NCBI GenBank assembly: GCA_013416795.1
Contig: RQSC01000012.1
Location: 1-64,000 of the forward strand
DNA: 64,000 nt
Direction: 5' to 3'
DNA from: Prasinococcaceae sp. CCMP 1430
Lineage: Eukaryota > Plantae > Prasinodermophyta
Position numbers and translations under genes: made by a program
The notes under the pieces: generated by a model
Seen by the model: the letters and a program-made list of their open reading frames with translations, nothing else
What the model was told of the DNA's origin: nothing
Database searches by the model: none
Shown: piece by piece, positions 50,814 to 61,900 of the stretch
Layout of the letters: each line of letters opens with the position of its first letter
Numbering within the stretch: the first letter of the stretch is position 1

Positions 50814-52837
50814 CTAGTTTTCGCCGCGCTGGAAGTTGACCTTGTCGCGGCCGCCCCCCTGGAAGGCACCGCTGCCGCCGCCAGCGCCAGTGCTGCCCGC
50901 GAGCATCTGTCCTGAGGTGCCAATCTTGTCCAGGGCCTTGCCGCCACCCTTGACCTCCGACAGGAATTGGTCCAGCCCGAAGGGGTCAGCCTCGGGCGCC
51001 TCGCGCTCGAATTGCACGGGCCCCGTCCGCTGCGCCGAGCCGGTGCCGCCCTCGGCGCCAGCGAAGCCCTTGTCTGCGCGGAAACGCGCGGTGCTGAGCG
51101 GGTCCTGCGCACCATCCCTGCCCACGTCGTCGTCCGCAGCAACGCCGGCCTTGGGGCGGTAAAGCCCCGTGCGCGCCTCGTGCCCTGCAAAGAGCGCCTT
51201 GTCGTACAGGTTGTACGACTCGTCGTTGCCACCCATGCCTGCCACTGTGCCCTGGTCCTGATTGAACAGCCGCTGATCGTACATGACCGCTCCGCCCCCT
51301 CCAATATTTGCTTGCCCCAGCGCGATCGCCTCGCTGATGTCGCGGTCCTCGTTGCGGTCGATGCGCGAGCGCTTCGGACCGCGCCCCTCCTCGGCGGCGC
51401 GAGCGTCCAGTCGCCTTTCCTTCTCGCGCTCGCGCCGGCGCTCCTCTCGAATCTCGTCACGCTCGCGGCGGGCGACAGCATCCCCTTCGGCTTCGAGTGG
51501 CGGCCCTCCAGACGGCGGTGGCGGCGGCACCATCCCGAGCCCTCCGGCGGCAGCGCTGGCGCCCGGCGGCCCGCCCGGCGGAGGGCCCGGAATCGCGGGC
51601 GCATCATCCACCTGCCTGTCCGTGAGCACGCCGCCTGTGCGCTCGAGGCGCGCCCTCTGCGCAAGTTCCCTGAGATCCTGCTCCTTCTTCTCTTTCTCGC
51701 GCAGTGCCAGCTCGCGCTGGATGTTGGAGCGATGCTCGACCGCCTCGCGCGCCTTTTGCTCGGCGATGTACAGTGCCTCTGAGAGCTTGGCGAAGCCGTC
51801 GTTGATCTGAACCTCCTGCAGGCCGCGGCCGTCCGCGGCGAGGCGCTTGTCCAGGGGGATGGTGTATCCCTGGGAGTTCTTCCAGTTGGATACGCACACC
51901 GGAATCTTCCAGTCTTGCTGGTCCTCGTAAGTCACCTTGCGAGGCGGCGAGTGCATCACGGGCACCGGCGCCTCGTCCGCCGCGCGCGGCACCTTTGTCA
52001 TCTTGAACCTGGAAGGTTCGAGCGGGTCGGGGGCGGCTTCCACCATGCGGATGATGCGCTGCTTCGGCGCGTCGCCACCAGCGGTTGATGCAGGCGTGTA
52101 CTTGATAAATTGAGCGTCGCCCGCCTCCTTGACCTGCGCGCCTCCTTTCTTCGTCTGGCCCTCCACGAGCGCTTCCATTGCCGCCTTGGTTCGTGCCGTC
52201 GTTGCTGCGGCGTCCTCCTCGCTCGGCTTGGCCAGATCCTGTGTCGGGCCGAGTGCGAACGCGCGGTGGGCGTCAGCCTGATGAAAGCGCAAGCATAGGC
52301 GGTCGAAGGTGCGCGGTGCAGTGCGCGGCGCGAGAGAGCGGCACGCGCAGCAGCCAGCAGCGATTTGGTAAGGCCTTTTTGGTTAGGGTTTCTCCTGTGG
52401 GAGGAGCACCCCGTTTGCGCGCGGCGGCGCAGCGACGCGCGGTGCCCGGCAGCTCGCACCATCTCCGTCTGGTCCTTGGCCACGAGGTCGCTGTGCTGAG
52501 CCTTGACCAGCTGTGTCGCTAGGTTGCCCTGCTTGACAAGTCCGTCGTACTTGACGTTGCCCTCCGCATCCACGGTCACCGGCACGACGGCGCCACTGGT
52601 CCCCGCCTTCTTGTTCTTGCGCCCCTGGCCAAGCGGGTATTGTGCGATGTGCACCTCCGGGAACGCCCCGCCGCCGCCATAGTCGAGGTCCGACCTCGGC
52701 CGCCAGCCCTGCCTGCTACCGTACGGCGGCGGCGCAGGCCCCGCCGGCGCGTCGCCGCCCGCCGCGCCTGCCTGCCGTTGCGGCGCCCCGCCGCCCGTGC
52801 GCCGCGGCGCGGGCAGCCCCGCCAGGATGCCCGACAT
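50814..52837 (-). CDS. SNW1: SNW/SKIP (Prp45) splicing factor
   Basis: DYGGGGAFPEVHIAQYPLGQGR, DPLEPSRFK, PVMHSPPRK, DWKIPVCVSNWKNSQGYTIPLDKRLAADGRGL, YDQRLFNQ, DPFGLDQFL. Intron 52459-52239. Confidence 0.98.
52383..52391 (-). promoter_or_regulatory. Perfect telo-box (AAACCCTAA) in SKIP intron 1
   Basis: Plus strand TTAGGGTTT at 52383-52391. Confidence 0.35.
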
Positions 52838-53243
52838 TGCTCGACCCACCACACCGCAGCGACCCTTCACCCCCTCCACGCCGCCCCTTCACTCCGCGCA
52901 CACACACACCACACACCCCACGCGCGCACGCGCGCCGGGGCGCACCAGGCGCACGCTGTGTGGCTCGCGGCGGGGAAGGCAGCGCTCTCATCAGCGCCCG
53001 CCGGCGGCTCTTCTTTCGTTCGTTTGTTTCCAGAATCTTTTCGGTCTTCGAATTTGGCGACGGCGCCTCTGCGGCCCGCATGCGAAACGAGACCGAAAGC
53101 CGCGTTCGAAGACATTGGGTTGGGATTTTGGACGGCCAGGCGATCGCATCTGCGGCGCTGGCCGCAGGGCAGCCCCTGCGGCGTCCGGCGATGGCGGCGC
53201 TACCAGAGACCGGGCTGCGGGCATGATACAGTGAGTATTTACA

Positions 53244-54773
53244 CTACTTGAAGCCGGCGTCGCCCTCGTCGCCGCCCTCGTCGCCGTCGAGGTGGCGGCC
53301 GAAGTCATCGAGGCGCTTGGCCTCGAGCTGCTCGATGAGCTCTGTGTTCTGTGGGAAGAGCTCGTAGCCATTCCAGATGGAGGCGTGGACGCGCCTGCCC
53401 CCGAAGTACCGCCCGTGCATGAGTTCGACGCACTCGTGTGCGGGATCCACGTTCTCGAAGGCTACAGTCACCACGCAGTCGGCGCTCTTGGGATGCACGC
53501 GGACCTTCTTGACAGCCCCGAGCTTGCCGCACTCCGCACCGACGTCCTCCTCGAGCTCCTTGACAAAGGCCTCGCCACCGTCGTATGCCTCCTCCAGACC
53601 GAACATGTTGCGCAGCACAACAGTGCCCTCGTTGCCCGTCGCTACGTCGTCCGCGTGCTCCCACCCGAGCTTGCCGGCCTCGATGCGCGCCATCATCGCG
53701 CGCTGGCGCTGGCGCTCACGCTTTGTCATCGGCACACGCGACTTCCCGCCGCTCTCAGGCTTTTCAGCCTCCGTCCCCGCCTCCGCACCTGCGCCCTCGC
53801 CACCGCCTCCCGCGCCCTCGCCTTGGGCTGGCCGCTCGAACACTGCCTCGCTGAGGCGCATTGGCGCCCCACCCGCGCGCAGCGGCGCGCCATCCAGCAG
53901 CGTGAGCGCTAGGTCGACGCTGGGGCGCTTGAGGAACGTCACAACGCCGTCGCCCTTGAGCATGCCGTCGCGGGCCGGGTCGCGATACAGCTTCACGCGC
54001 GGGCGGCCGCTCTCTGGATCGGGCTTCACGACGCCGCACTTGGCGAAGTGTGCCGCGATCTCGTCCTCGTCCGCGTCGTCGGGGACGCCCTCGAAGTACA
54101 CGCTGGTGACCTTGCCCTTCGCGGTGTTCTGCGCAGCACGAGCCCGCGCACGATCGGTGTTCTTGGCCTTCTGCGCCGCTAGCCGTTCACGCTCACGCTC
54201 GACGGCACCCGACGCCTGCACCTGCACTCTCTTGCCCCCCTCGCCGCCCGAACGTGGATCGTCCTGCGCTTTGCGCTTCGCGCCAGCCACAGCCGCCGTT
54301 GCGCCATCCGCCATCGCCGGAACAACGTCGGGCTGGAAGACCATGTCCTCCTCACGGATCCGAGGCCGCTCTTGCGCCCGCTGCTCACCGACAGGCACGG
54401 TCACCGGCGCGGCTGCGCCGCTCGCGCGTGGCTTAAACCGCCGCTCGGCGCGGTCCCAGTCGTACCACGTGCCGTCGTCGTCCTCGAAGCTCGTCTCCTC
54501 GGGCTCTTCGGAATCGCCGTGTGCGCCGTGCCCCACACCCACGCTGGCGTCCTGTTGCTGCTGGTGGTGCTGGTGGCGCTGCCCCTGCTGTGCCGCGCCG
54601 CCACCAACTGCGGCGAGCGCATCGTCAAGCGGCTGCCACGCCGCGTCTCCCTCGCGCCAGACGCTCGTGCCCGCGCGCGGCAGCGCGGCGAGGTCGCCGT
54701 CGCCGTACGGCCCCGCAGGCGCCGACGGGTCGGCGCCTGCCACCAGCGCCCACCACCTCGCCGGAGCCGCCAT
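53244..54773 (-). CDS. HTATSF1: Tat-SF1/CUS2-like U2 snRNP-associated RRM/UHM protein with N-terminal GYF-2-like domain
   Basis: GPY..DL...TSVWREGDAAWQPL; SFEDDDGTWYDWD; FAKCGVV...RVKLYRD..KGDG.VTFLKRPSVDLALTLLDG; VVLRNMF...ECGKLG.V; HGRYFGGR. Confidence 0.93.
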   Translation of the reverse strand: MAAPARWWALVAGADPSAPAGPYGDGDLAALPRAGTSVWREGDAAWQPLDDALAAVGGGAAQQGQRHQHHQQQQDASVGVGHGAHGDSEEPEETSFEDDDGTWYDWDRAERRFKPRASGAAAPVTVPVGEQRAQERPRIREEDMVFQPDVVPAMADGATAAVAGAKRKAQDDPRSGGEGGKRVQVQASGAVERERERLAAQKAKNTDRARARAAQNTAKGKVTSVYFEGVPDDADEDEIAAHFAKCGVVKPDPESGRPRVKLYRDPARDGMLKGDGVVTFLKRPSVDLALTLLDGAPLRAGGAPMRLSEAVFERPAQGEGAGGGGEGAGAEAGTEAEKPESGGKSRVPMTKRERQRQRAMMARIEAGKLGWEHADDVATGNEGTVVLRNMFGLEEAYDGGEAFVKELEEDVGAECGKLGAVKKVRVHPKSADCVVTVAFENVDPAHECVELMHGRYFGGRRVHASIWNGYELFPQNTELIEQLEAKRLDDFGRHLDGDEGGDEGDAGFK

Positions 54774-54785
54774 CGCGCTGCGGCG

Positions 54786-55343
54786 ATGGCGGCTGCGGTG
54801 ACGGCGCTCGTGGGGCGGTCCTCGCGAGGCCTCCGCGTGAGCGCCGCCGTGCACCGCGAGAAGTCCGTCGACAGCGTGCGCGTGGACGAAGACGGCACGG
54901 CCGGGTACATCGACGAGCTGCTCGTACCGCAGTCGGCGCGCGAGCCGTCCGACGAGAACGACGCCGAGCGGCTGCGCCGCGCGAAGCTCACCTCGACGCG
55001 GCGCGAGGCGCTGGCGCTCTACCGCAACTGCCTCCGGGCCACGCGGCTCTTCGAGTGGGAGGATGAGCTCGGGCGCCCGTGGCGGAGCGTGCTGCACGAG
55101 AGCACTCGGCAGGAGTTCGAGGCAGCGCGCTTCGAGCGCGACCCGGAGATCGTCACGAGACTGCTTGTCGGCGGGAGGGACTGCCTCACCAAGACGCTGG
55201 AGAAGTTCGCGGCCAAGCAAGACAAGCTGCTGCGAGGAGGTGGCGGGGGGCTCGATGGCGCAGGGAGCGCCGCCGACGGCGCTGCCGCAGGTGGCGGAGG
55301 CGCCGGAGGCGGTGCGGGGCGGAACGGCTGGCCACCCCGGTAG
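54786..55343 (+). CDS. Mitochondrial LYR-motif (Complex1_LYR) protein
   Basis: LTSTRREALALYRNCLRATRLFEW...ESTRQEFEAARFERDPEIVTRLLVGGRDCL. Transit-peptide-like start. TGTAA at 55501. Confidence 0.88.
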   Translation: MAAAVTALVGRSSRGLRVSAAVHREKSVDSVRVDEDGTAGYIDELLVPQSAREPSDENDAERLRRAKLTSTRREALALYRNCLRATRLFEWEDELGRPWRSVLHESTRQEFEAARFERDPEIVTRLLVGGRDCLTKTLEKFAAKQDKLLRGGGGGLDGAGSAADGAAAGGGGAGGGAGRNGWPPR

Positions 55344-55658
55344 CGCCACCGGCCCTGTGGCGCGCGCAGCGCGTGGTGCCGCGTCGAGCAACTGTGCGTC
55401 ACGTCTGTACCTTAAATAGCTTCGGGGCCCTCTGCCTTGCCGCATGGCAAGGTAGGGCTCTGGCGGCGCCTTCCGGTGGCGCGAAAGGCTGGTGCCACCG
55501 TGTAATAAATAGTAGTGCGTGCGGGTGCGTGCATGCGGCCATCTCCTGTATAAACCAAGCGCTGTGTGTGCTCTCTGTGGCACGCCCCTGCCGGCGCGAC
55601 CTCTCGCTCCCTCGTCGGCAGGGTTCGAGCCTGTCGTCGACTACTGGACCGCCCGCGC

Positions 55659-57545
55659 CTACTTCTGCGGGCACTTGTAGCCGTCGAAGTTGTCGGCGTC
55701 GAGGCCCTGGCAGGCATCGCAGCAGCAGTCGCCCAGCGTGAAGCAGTACTGGTCGCAGTTGCACTTGGATGCCTGCTCGCACTGCGGGCACGTGCCCCCG
55801 CACCAGGGGTCCGCAAAGTCTGGGCACGCGTCGTTCGGCACGACTGGCTGTTTGGGCTTGGGCTGCGGATCCTCCGGCTCTTTGGCAGGCTCCTGCTGCT
55901 CGGGCGCGTTGGCAGGCTCCTGCTGCTCGGGCGCGTTGGCAGGCTCCTGCTTCTCGGGCTGCTGCTCTTCGGGCTCGGGCTTGGGCTCCTTGGCCTCAGG
56001 CTCGTCGACAGCCTGCTCTTCGATGGTTGTGGGTTCCGCCGGGCACTCGAAGATATCCTGTTCGCCGTTTGCTTGCTTGCCCGCGCAGTCACTGCAGCAG
56101 CAGTCGTCGTAGGCTTCGCAGTGCGTGTCGCAAGAGCAGCTCTCGCGCTCCGCGCAATTGGCGCAGTTCTCGCACAGCCCCTCAGCGACAGCGTCGCACA
56201 AGAAGATAGGTTCGGGAGGTGGGGGCACGGGCACCGGAATGGGCACGGTACCGAAACTGCCAGGCTGCGTATCAGGCTTGGGCGGCGACGCGGGCTGCTG
56301 GGCGGCCTGCTCGGGCTTGGGCTCGGGCTTGGGCTCGGGCTTGGGCTCGGGCTTGGGCTCGGGCTCGGGCTTGGGCTTGGGCTCGGGCTTGGGCTCGGGC
56401 TTGGGCTCGGGCTTGGGCTCGGGTTTCGGTGCCTCTGGCTCCTTCGAGGCCTCGGCCTCCTCCTCGGCCTCCTCGGCCTCCTTCTCGTCGACCTTGTCCT
56501 CCTGTTTCTTGGGCGCGGGCACGGGACTGGGCGCCGGCGCCGGGCCGGGCGCGGGCGCGGGTGCGGGTGCGGGCGCGGGTGCGGGGGCTCCCAGGGCCTG
56601 TGGCCTGAGCTCTGGCGGCAGGCACGCGATTGGCTGCACGACGGTGACTTCTATGAGCCCGTCGTCGCCGCAGCCGTCGTCAACCGCGGCGGTGGAGGCC
56701 TCCGTCGACGAGGAATCTCCCGGCAGGCTCGGAACGGCGAAGCTGTTTGGATGTGTGAGGATTGCGTCGTCGACCTTGATGCACACCTGTGGGAAGGGCA
56801 CGCACGCGCCGCCGCCTTCCGCACCAGTCTCCCAGACGCATCCGTTCGGCAGCGAATCCACTTTGGCGGTGGAGCACTCCGCCTCGGTGGGCGCGGCAGC
56901 GCACTCTGCCGCAGCGGCGGCCGGGTCGTCGGGTGAGACGCCCTCCAGCCAGACCCGCGCGAGGTCCACGGCCCCCTCCGTGCTGTTGACGTCGATCTCG
57001 TCGGCCCCTGTGACGGGCGGGAGCGCGTTGGTGCCGCCGATGAAGCCTGAGACGGCGAAGACGCGCGCGTCGCTGGCGTTGCCCTGCACGTCTACCAGCG
57101 GCCAGGCTTCGAGGGGGCCGCCCTCGAGCCTCTCCACACGGAGGTTTTCGACCCCCACGCGGTGCGTCACGCTGATGGTGGGGTCGCCGGCGCCGAGGCT
57201 GGCGGGGTCGTCGATGGCCTGAATGACCTTGGGTAGAACTGCGGCGTCGACCGAGGGTGCGGCCTCGTGTGGCGGTGCCACGATGCCTAGCTCGAAGCCG
57301 AAGAGCGGTACGCTGTTGCGCACCGAGACGATGCCGCTCGCATCGAGCACGACCGTGGCGACGCAAGCGCCGCCGGTCGGGGACGCAGAGGGCGGGGGCT
57401 GCTCGTCGACGGTCTGCGCAAGGGCGACGGGGACAGTCACGGCGGCAGCTGCAGCCGAGATCGCCGCGAGCGCGGACGCAGTGTTGCGGCGGGCTCCTGT
57501 CGCCCGACGAGCGCGCTCAACGGGTTCCGGCGAGTGCGGCGCCAT
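55659..57545 (-). CDS. Secreted Cys-rich protein with AP and EPKP repeats and two somatomedin-B-like modules
   Basis: Signal-like ALAAISAAAAAVTVPVALAQ. Two related modules: CSCDTHCEAYDDCCCSDC and CNCDQYCFTLGDCCCDAC. Pro-rich linkers. Confidence 0.8.
   Translation of the reverse strand: MAPHSPEPVERARRATGARRNTASALAAISAAAAAVTVPVALAQTVDEQPPPSASPTGGACVATVVLDASGIVSVRNSVPLFGFELGIVAPPHEAAPSVDAAVLPKVIQAIDDPASLGAGDPTISVTHRVGVENLRVERLEGGPLEAWPLVDVQGNASDARVFAVSGFIGGTNALPPVTGADEIDVNSTEGAVDLARVWLEGVSPDDPAAAAAECAAAPTEAECSTAKVDSLPNGCVWETGAEGGGACVPFPQVCIKVDDAILTHPNSFAVPSLPGDSSSTEASTAAVDDGCGDDGLIEVTVVQPIACLPPELRPQALGAPAPAPAPAPAPAPGPAPAPSPVPAPKKQEDKVDEKEAEEAEEEAEASKEPEAPKPEPKPEPKPEPKPEPKPKPEPEPKPEPKPEPKPEPKPEQAAQQPASPPKPDTQPGSFGTVPIPVPVPPPPEPIFLCDAVAEGLCENCANCAERESCSCDTHCEAYDDCCCSDCAGKQANGEQDIFECPAEPTTIEEQAVDEPEAKEPKPEPEEQQPEKQEPANAPEQQEPANAPEQQEPAKEPEDPQPKPKQPVVPNDACPDFADPWCGGTCPQCEQASKCNCDQYCFTLGDCCCDACQGLDADNFDGYKCPQK
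56310..56430 (-). repeat. 12-bp coding tandem repeat (EPKP)n
   Basis: Plus-strand CTCGGGCTTGGG repeated about 10 times with variants. Confidence 0.95.
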
Positions 57546-58669
57546 GTGGGCTTGTAGCCGCTCGGCAGCGGCAGAGCCGCAGAGAACGCTGCGCGCGCGC
57601 GCCGCGCGATCGATGCGGCAGTCAACCGCTTCGGCCAGAGCGCGGCCTCGCGGCGTGCGCGGCGGAGCGCGCGCGTGCTGTGACCGCCTCGCGCCCGACG
57701 CGCCGGGTGCGGGAGGGAGGGGGGAGGCATCGGCACGCTCGAGCGCGTGCGGACGGGGAGGGGATCACTCCGGATCGGGCGGGCGCGCGCACGCGGCACG
57801 CGCCTGCGCCCCCAGACTCGCCAGACGCGTCGCGCGCACTCGGCCAGGTGGCAACAATTTGAAAATTCGCGCACAATCGCCAACAATTGGCAATGTGCGG
57901 CTGTTCATCGGCCACAAGAGGGCCTACTACCACTCCCGGCAATCAATTGAGATGCGCGCACGCCTCATTACTCGGGTGTCTCGGGTATCGCATGACGCAG
58001 CCCCGAAGAGTCGTTGGCACCGACGCCACGCGCCCCCCGGCGCGGCCCAACGGCTATCGGGTGACGACAGCCCACCCGTCGCTGGTTTTTTCCAGAGGCG
58101 TGGCGTGGCATTCGCGGTCAATTTTGTGCGTCGGGCGGTCGAGGCGGTGCTGCGTTTGGGTCATCGGAGCCGGGTCGCCACACCGGCTCCCACCTCCTCA
58201 CGCGTTTCACACGCGCCTGCTCGGGTGCGAGCCTAAGCCGAGCTGCCCCTTCCTCCGGTGCGGCGCCGCGTGAGCTGCGTGGAGCCTGTGGCCCGCGCGC
58301 GCCCCGCGGGCCCGCACGAATGCGTGCGCAGCAGAGCGCGTTTGCTGGGATGTTTCTTTTTTTTTTTCCGTCCCGTCTCCCGAGGGCGCGCGCGCGCCGC
58401 CGCGTGTACTGTACACGCCCGCGTGCGCGCGACTCGCAAACATACTGTATGGCATCAATTCTTCGCATGAGCCCAAACCCTCATTTCTGGTGGGCGCCCA
58501 GCTGACAAAGACTCGTGAGCAATTCACCTTTCGACGCCGGGCGCACCCTAACTAAGCGTGCGTTTGGGTTCGGGTTCGGGTTCGCGCGGGCGTGCGTGCG
58601 CGGGCAGCGCGGGCCGCTGCCAATTCTGACGCCGAATCCGGGCGGGGCCGCGGCCGCCGCGCGGCCGGC

Positions 58670-58983
58670 NNNNNNNNNNNNNNNNNNNNNNNNNNNNNNN
58701 NNNNNNNNNNNNNNNNNNNNNNNNNNNNNNNNNNNNNNNNNNNNNNNNNNNNNNNNNNNNNNNNNNNNNNNNNNNNNNNNNNNNNNNNNNNNNNNNNNNN
58801 NNNNNNNNNNNNNNNNNNNNNNNNNNNNNNNNNNNNNNNNNNNNNNNNNNNNNNNNNNNNNNNNNNNNNNNNNNNNNNNNNNNNNNNNNNNNNNNNNNNN
58901 NNNNNNNNNNNNNNNNNNNNNNNNNNNNNNNNNNNNNNNNNNNNNNNNNNNNNNNNNNNNNNNNNNNNNNNNNNNNNNNNNNN
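58670..58983. other. Assembly gap (314 N); smaller Ns at 35717, 37379, 40854 and 63550-63560
   Basis: Seen directly. Confidence 1.
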
Positions 58984-61900
58984 GGCGGCGGCGGGCGCGC
59001 CCGCCGCTGCGCTCGCGGCGGTGGCAGGCGCGGCTGCGGCGGCTTCTGTATCGGCATCCGTGTCGGCGCCGGCGCGGGCGGCGGCGTCCACTGCCGAGCC
59101 AACAGAGGGGGAGGATCGCGCATGCAGGAAAGGAGAGCGCCACGCGAGCGCCAGCCGCGCCGATGGCGCGCACGCCTCTGACGTGGCCGCGCGGGCGGGC
59201 GGCGAGGAGAGTGCTCGCGGTGGCGTGGACAGCGGCCAATTCGAGCTCGAGCGCGAACGGCATATCGACGAAGCCTGGAGCGAGGAGCTGGCGCGGGACG
59301 AGCGCGTCGATGGGGCCACGAGCGACCGTTTGCCTGAGCAGGGCGCGGACGATGCCGCGAGCGCAGCGGGTGCACCAGAGAGCGTTCGCAGGGCCTGCGC
59401 GCGCGATGCGGATCACGCGGAGGCCGTCGTTCCTCCAGACGCTAGATATGCTGTAGAGAAGGCCGTCGCCGACGCTGCCCCCGCGTCCTACGCAAATGAG
59501 CTCCGCGAGTGTGATTCGCTGCTCAGCTACATGCAGTCGCTCGTCGACAGGCACAACGCGCTCGCAGGCGGGCACAACGCGCCGGCGGTCATCAAGGAGG
59601 CAGCTACGAAGGACTTCCGCGTGCTTGACGGTCGTACGCGCAATGCGGTCGATGGGCCCGAGCGTGTGGCCCAGGCTGATGGTGGGAGCGCGCAGGGGAG
59701 CGAGTCCGATGGAGCAGGTGGTGGCATACACACAAGTGATCGCGTCGCTCCCACCAGCGACGCCGACGACACGAAAGCACCGACGGGAGGAATGGCGTGC
59801 GCTGACCAAGTGCTCGTGCATGAGAGCGCGCTCGCCGCGGCCCATGCGCACTCTTCGCGCCTCGAGTCGTCAGAGCGCGCCGCACGCGAGCGCGTGATTG
59901 AGCTACAGCGTACCCTGGCCGAGCTACGCCAGGCACGCCTCGATGAGGCTGAGGAGCGCGTGCAATTGCGCTGGGAGAACGCCTGCCTCCGCCATGAGAA
60001 TCGTCGCGCGATGAGGAGCCCCCGCATGTCACCCTTGGGATCTTTTGAGAGCGAGGGTTCGCCTGCTCACGCCAGACTGGCGGCCGGTGCCATTCTGAAC
60101 GGCGCGATGGGCGTCGACGGCGAAGGAGGTGCGACACCCATTGCGGGCGGTGGCGGTGCAGACGACGCAGCTGGGCGCGTTGCTGCCCATGCAGACGACA
60201 CCCTCGTTCGGTGCGCGGACGTCGTATCGAAGTCCACGGGGGGCATACCGGGAGCGCGTATCACGGGTCCTTCGACACCGGCGTCGCGCCGGAGGGGTGC
60301 TCGCTATGAGCGTGCGCTGCGAGTGCTGCGCCGCATTGGAACTGCGCGGAATCACGGCAGTGGCCTGCAGTCTCCAGGTGCAGACGTGGTCGAAAGGGGC
60401 TGTTCAGACGGCCTGGGCGCTGGTGGAGCTTCTGTGTGCCAACATGAGAGCGGCTGGGACGGCAGAGGCGATGGCGGTCCTGCGATCACGGGTCGTGGAG
60501 CGCCAGAAAGTGGAGTCATCACTGAGGGTGACACAGGCGTTGGAGGCGACGGCCGCCTCACAGGCATTGAGGCGGGCAACGCCAACAATCGCGGCGTCGG
60601 CCCAGGCAGCGCTGGCCAAGGCGACTCCGCTGGCGCTGCTAACGCTCCCAGCACAGCCCACGTTGGCATGGATGTCGGTGTGCAGACGGACCCAGAGCCG
60701 CATCGAACGCGAGCGTTGCGCCGCGCAAATACATCACCTGCGCTCGGCAAGCAACTGCGATCTCTCTCGGCCGCAAGCCCTGACGGGAGGCCTCCGAGAG
60801 GGAAAAATAAAATGGTGCTCTCACGGAAGAGCGTCGAGACGCCTCTGTCCGAATCGAGCACAAGCTCGCGCGCGATCTCTTGCACCGACGTGCAATTCCC
60901 CATCTCGGTATGTGCGCACAGCTGCCGTGCGCGCTCGCCGCGCGTGGTAAGTGTGGCGCGATGGAGCCGTGCGTGGCGGGTCCAGGCCTGACCCAGTCGC
61001 CGCGAACCCGCTCGCCCTCACGTGCTATCTTTGCAGGCACCGAAGGAGGAGCTCACACCGCAGGAAGTGCTCGAGCGCGGCCCGCTCACCCTGTCCCCAG
61101 CGCCGCTGAAGAAGAAGGAGCACAAAGAGTTGACGCCAGAGCCAACAGCACCGGCATCACAGCCGGCTGCCAAGCCCGGCATCCCTCCACCTCCACCACC
61201 ACCTCCGGGCTCCCGTCCGGGCTCCCGCGGCGCCCCGCCCCCGCCACCCCCGCCGCCGCCTGGAGGGAAGCTGGCCACGCGTCAGGTAGTGTCGCACGTG
61301 CAAACGGGGGTCGTGCGTAACCCCGCACTCGTGCGCATGTACCAAGACATTATCCGGCGCGAGTCTGGGCTGGGCGGCAGGGGCATGGGTAGCGCCGCAA
61401 AGCTCGCCGCGAGCACCAGCTCCCCCAGCGGTGACAACGCCGCGCGCGGCATGTTGCTGAGCGAGTTGACCTCAAAATCTGCGTACAAGCAGGCGATCGA
61501 TGCGGATGTGAAGAACCAGAGCACATTCGTCGCTGCCATCGCCTCCGAGGTGTCCGGTGCGACCTTCGATTCTATGGAAGATGTGGTTGATTTTACGTGC
61601 TGGATGGACACAGAGCTCAGCCTGTTGCTGGACGAGACGGCCGTGTTGAAGCAGTGCGAGAGCTGGCCAGCTGCCAAAGCCGACACCCTGCGAGATGCGG
61701 CGGCCGCGTACACCTCGTTCAAGCGCGCTGTCGACTCAGCTGAAGAGGCTGCTGAGGACGCCGAGCTCGCACGTACAGAGGCGCTCGAAGTTCTCGCGAG
61801 CGGACACTTCGAGGCGGCGGACGGTGGTCTCGACCCTGCTGCCTTCGAGCTCCTCACCTCCACGCTGCGCTCCATGGAGTCGCCCGCGCAGGCCGCTCAT

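Noticed and set aside
55612-55645. GGTTCGAGCC resembling a tRNA T-loop
   Set aside because: T-stem does not pair correctly, and no D-arm or acceptor stem can be built.
58540-58585. CCCTAA and (GGGTTC)n telomere-like repeats near the gap
   Set aside because: Only 2-3 degenerate units. Not an interstitial telomere array.
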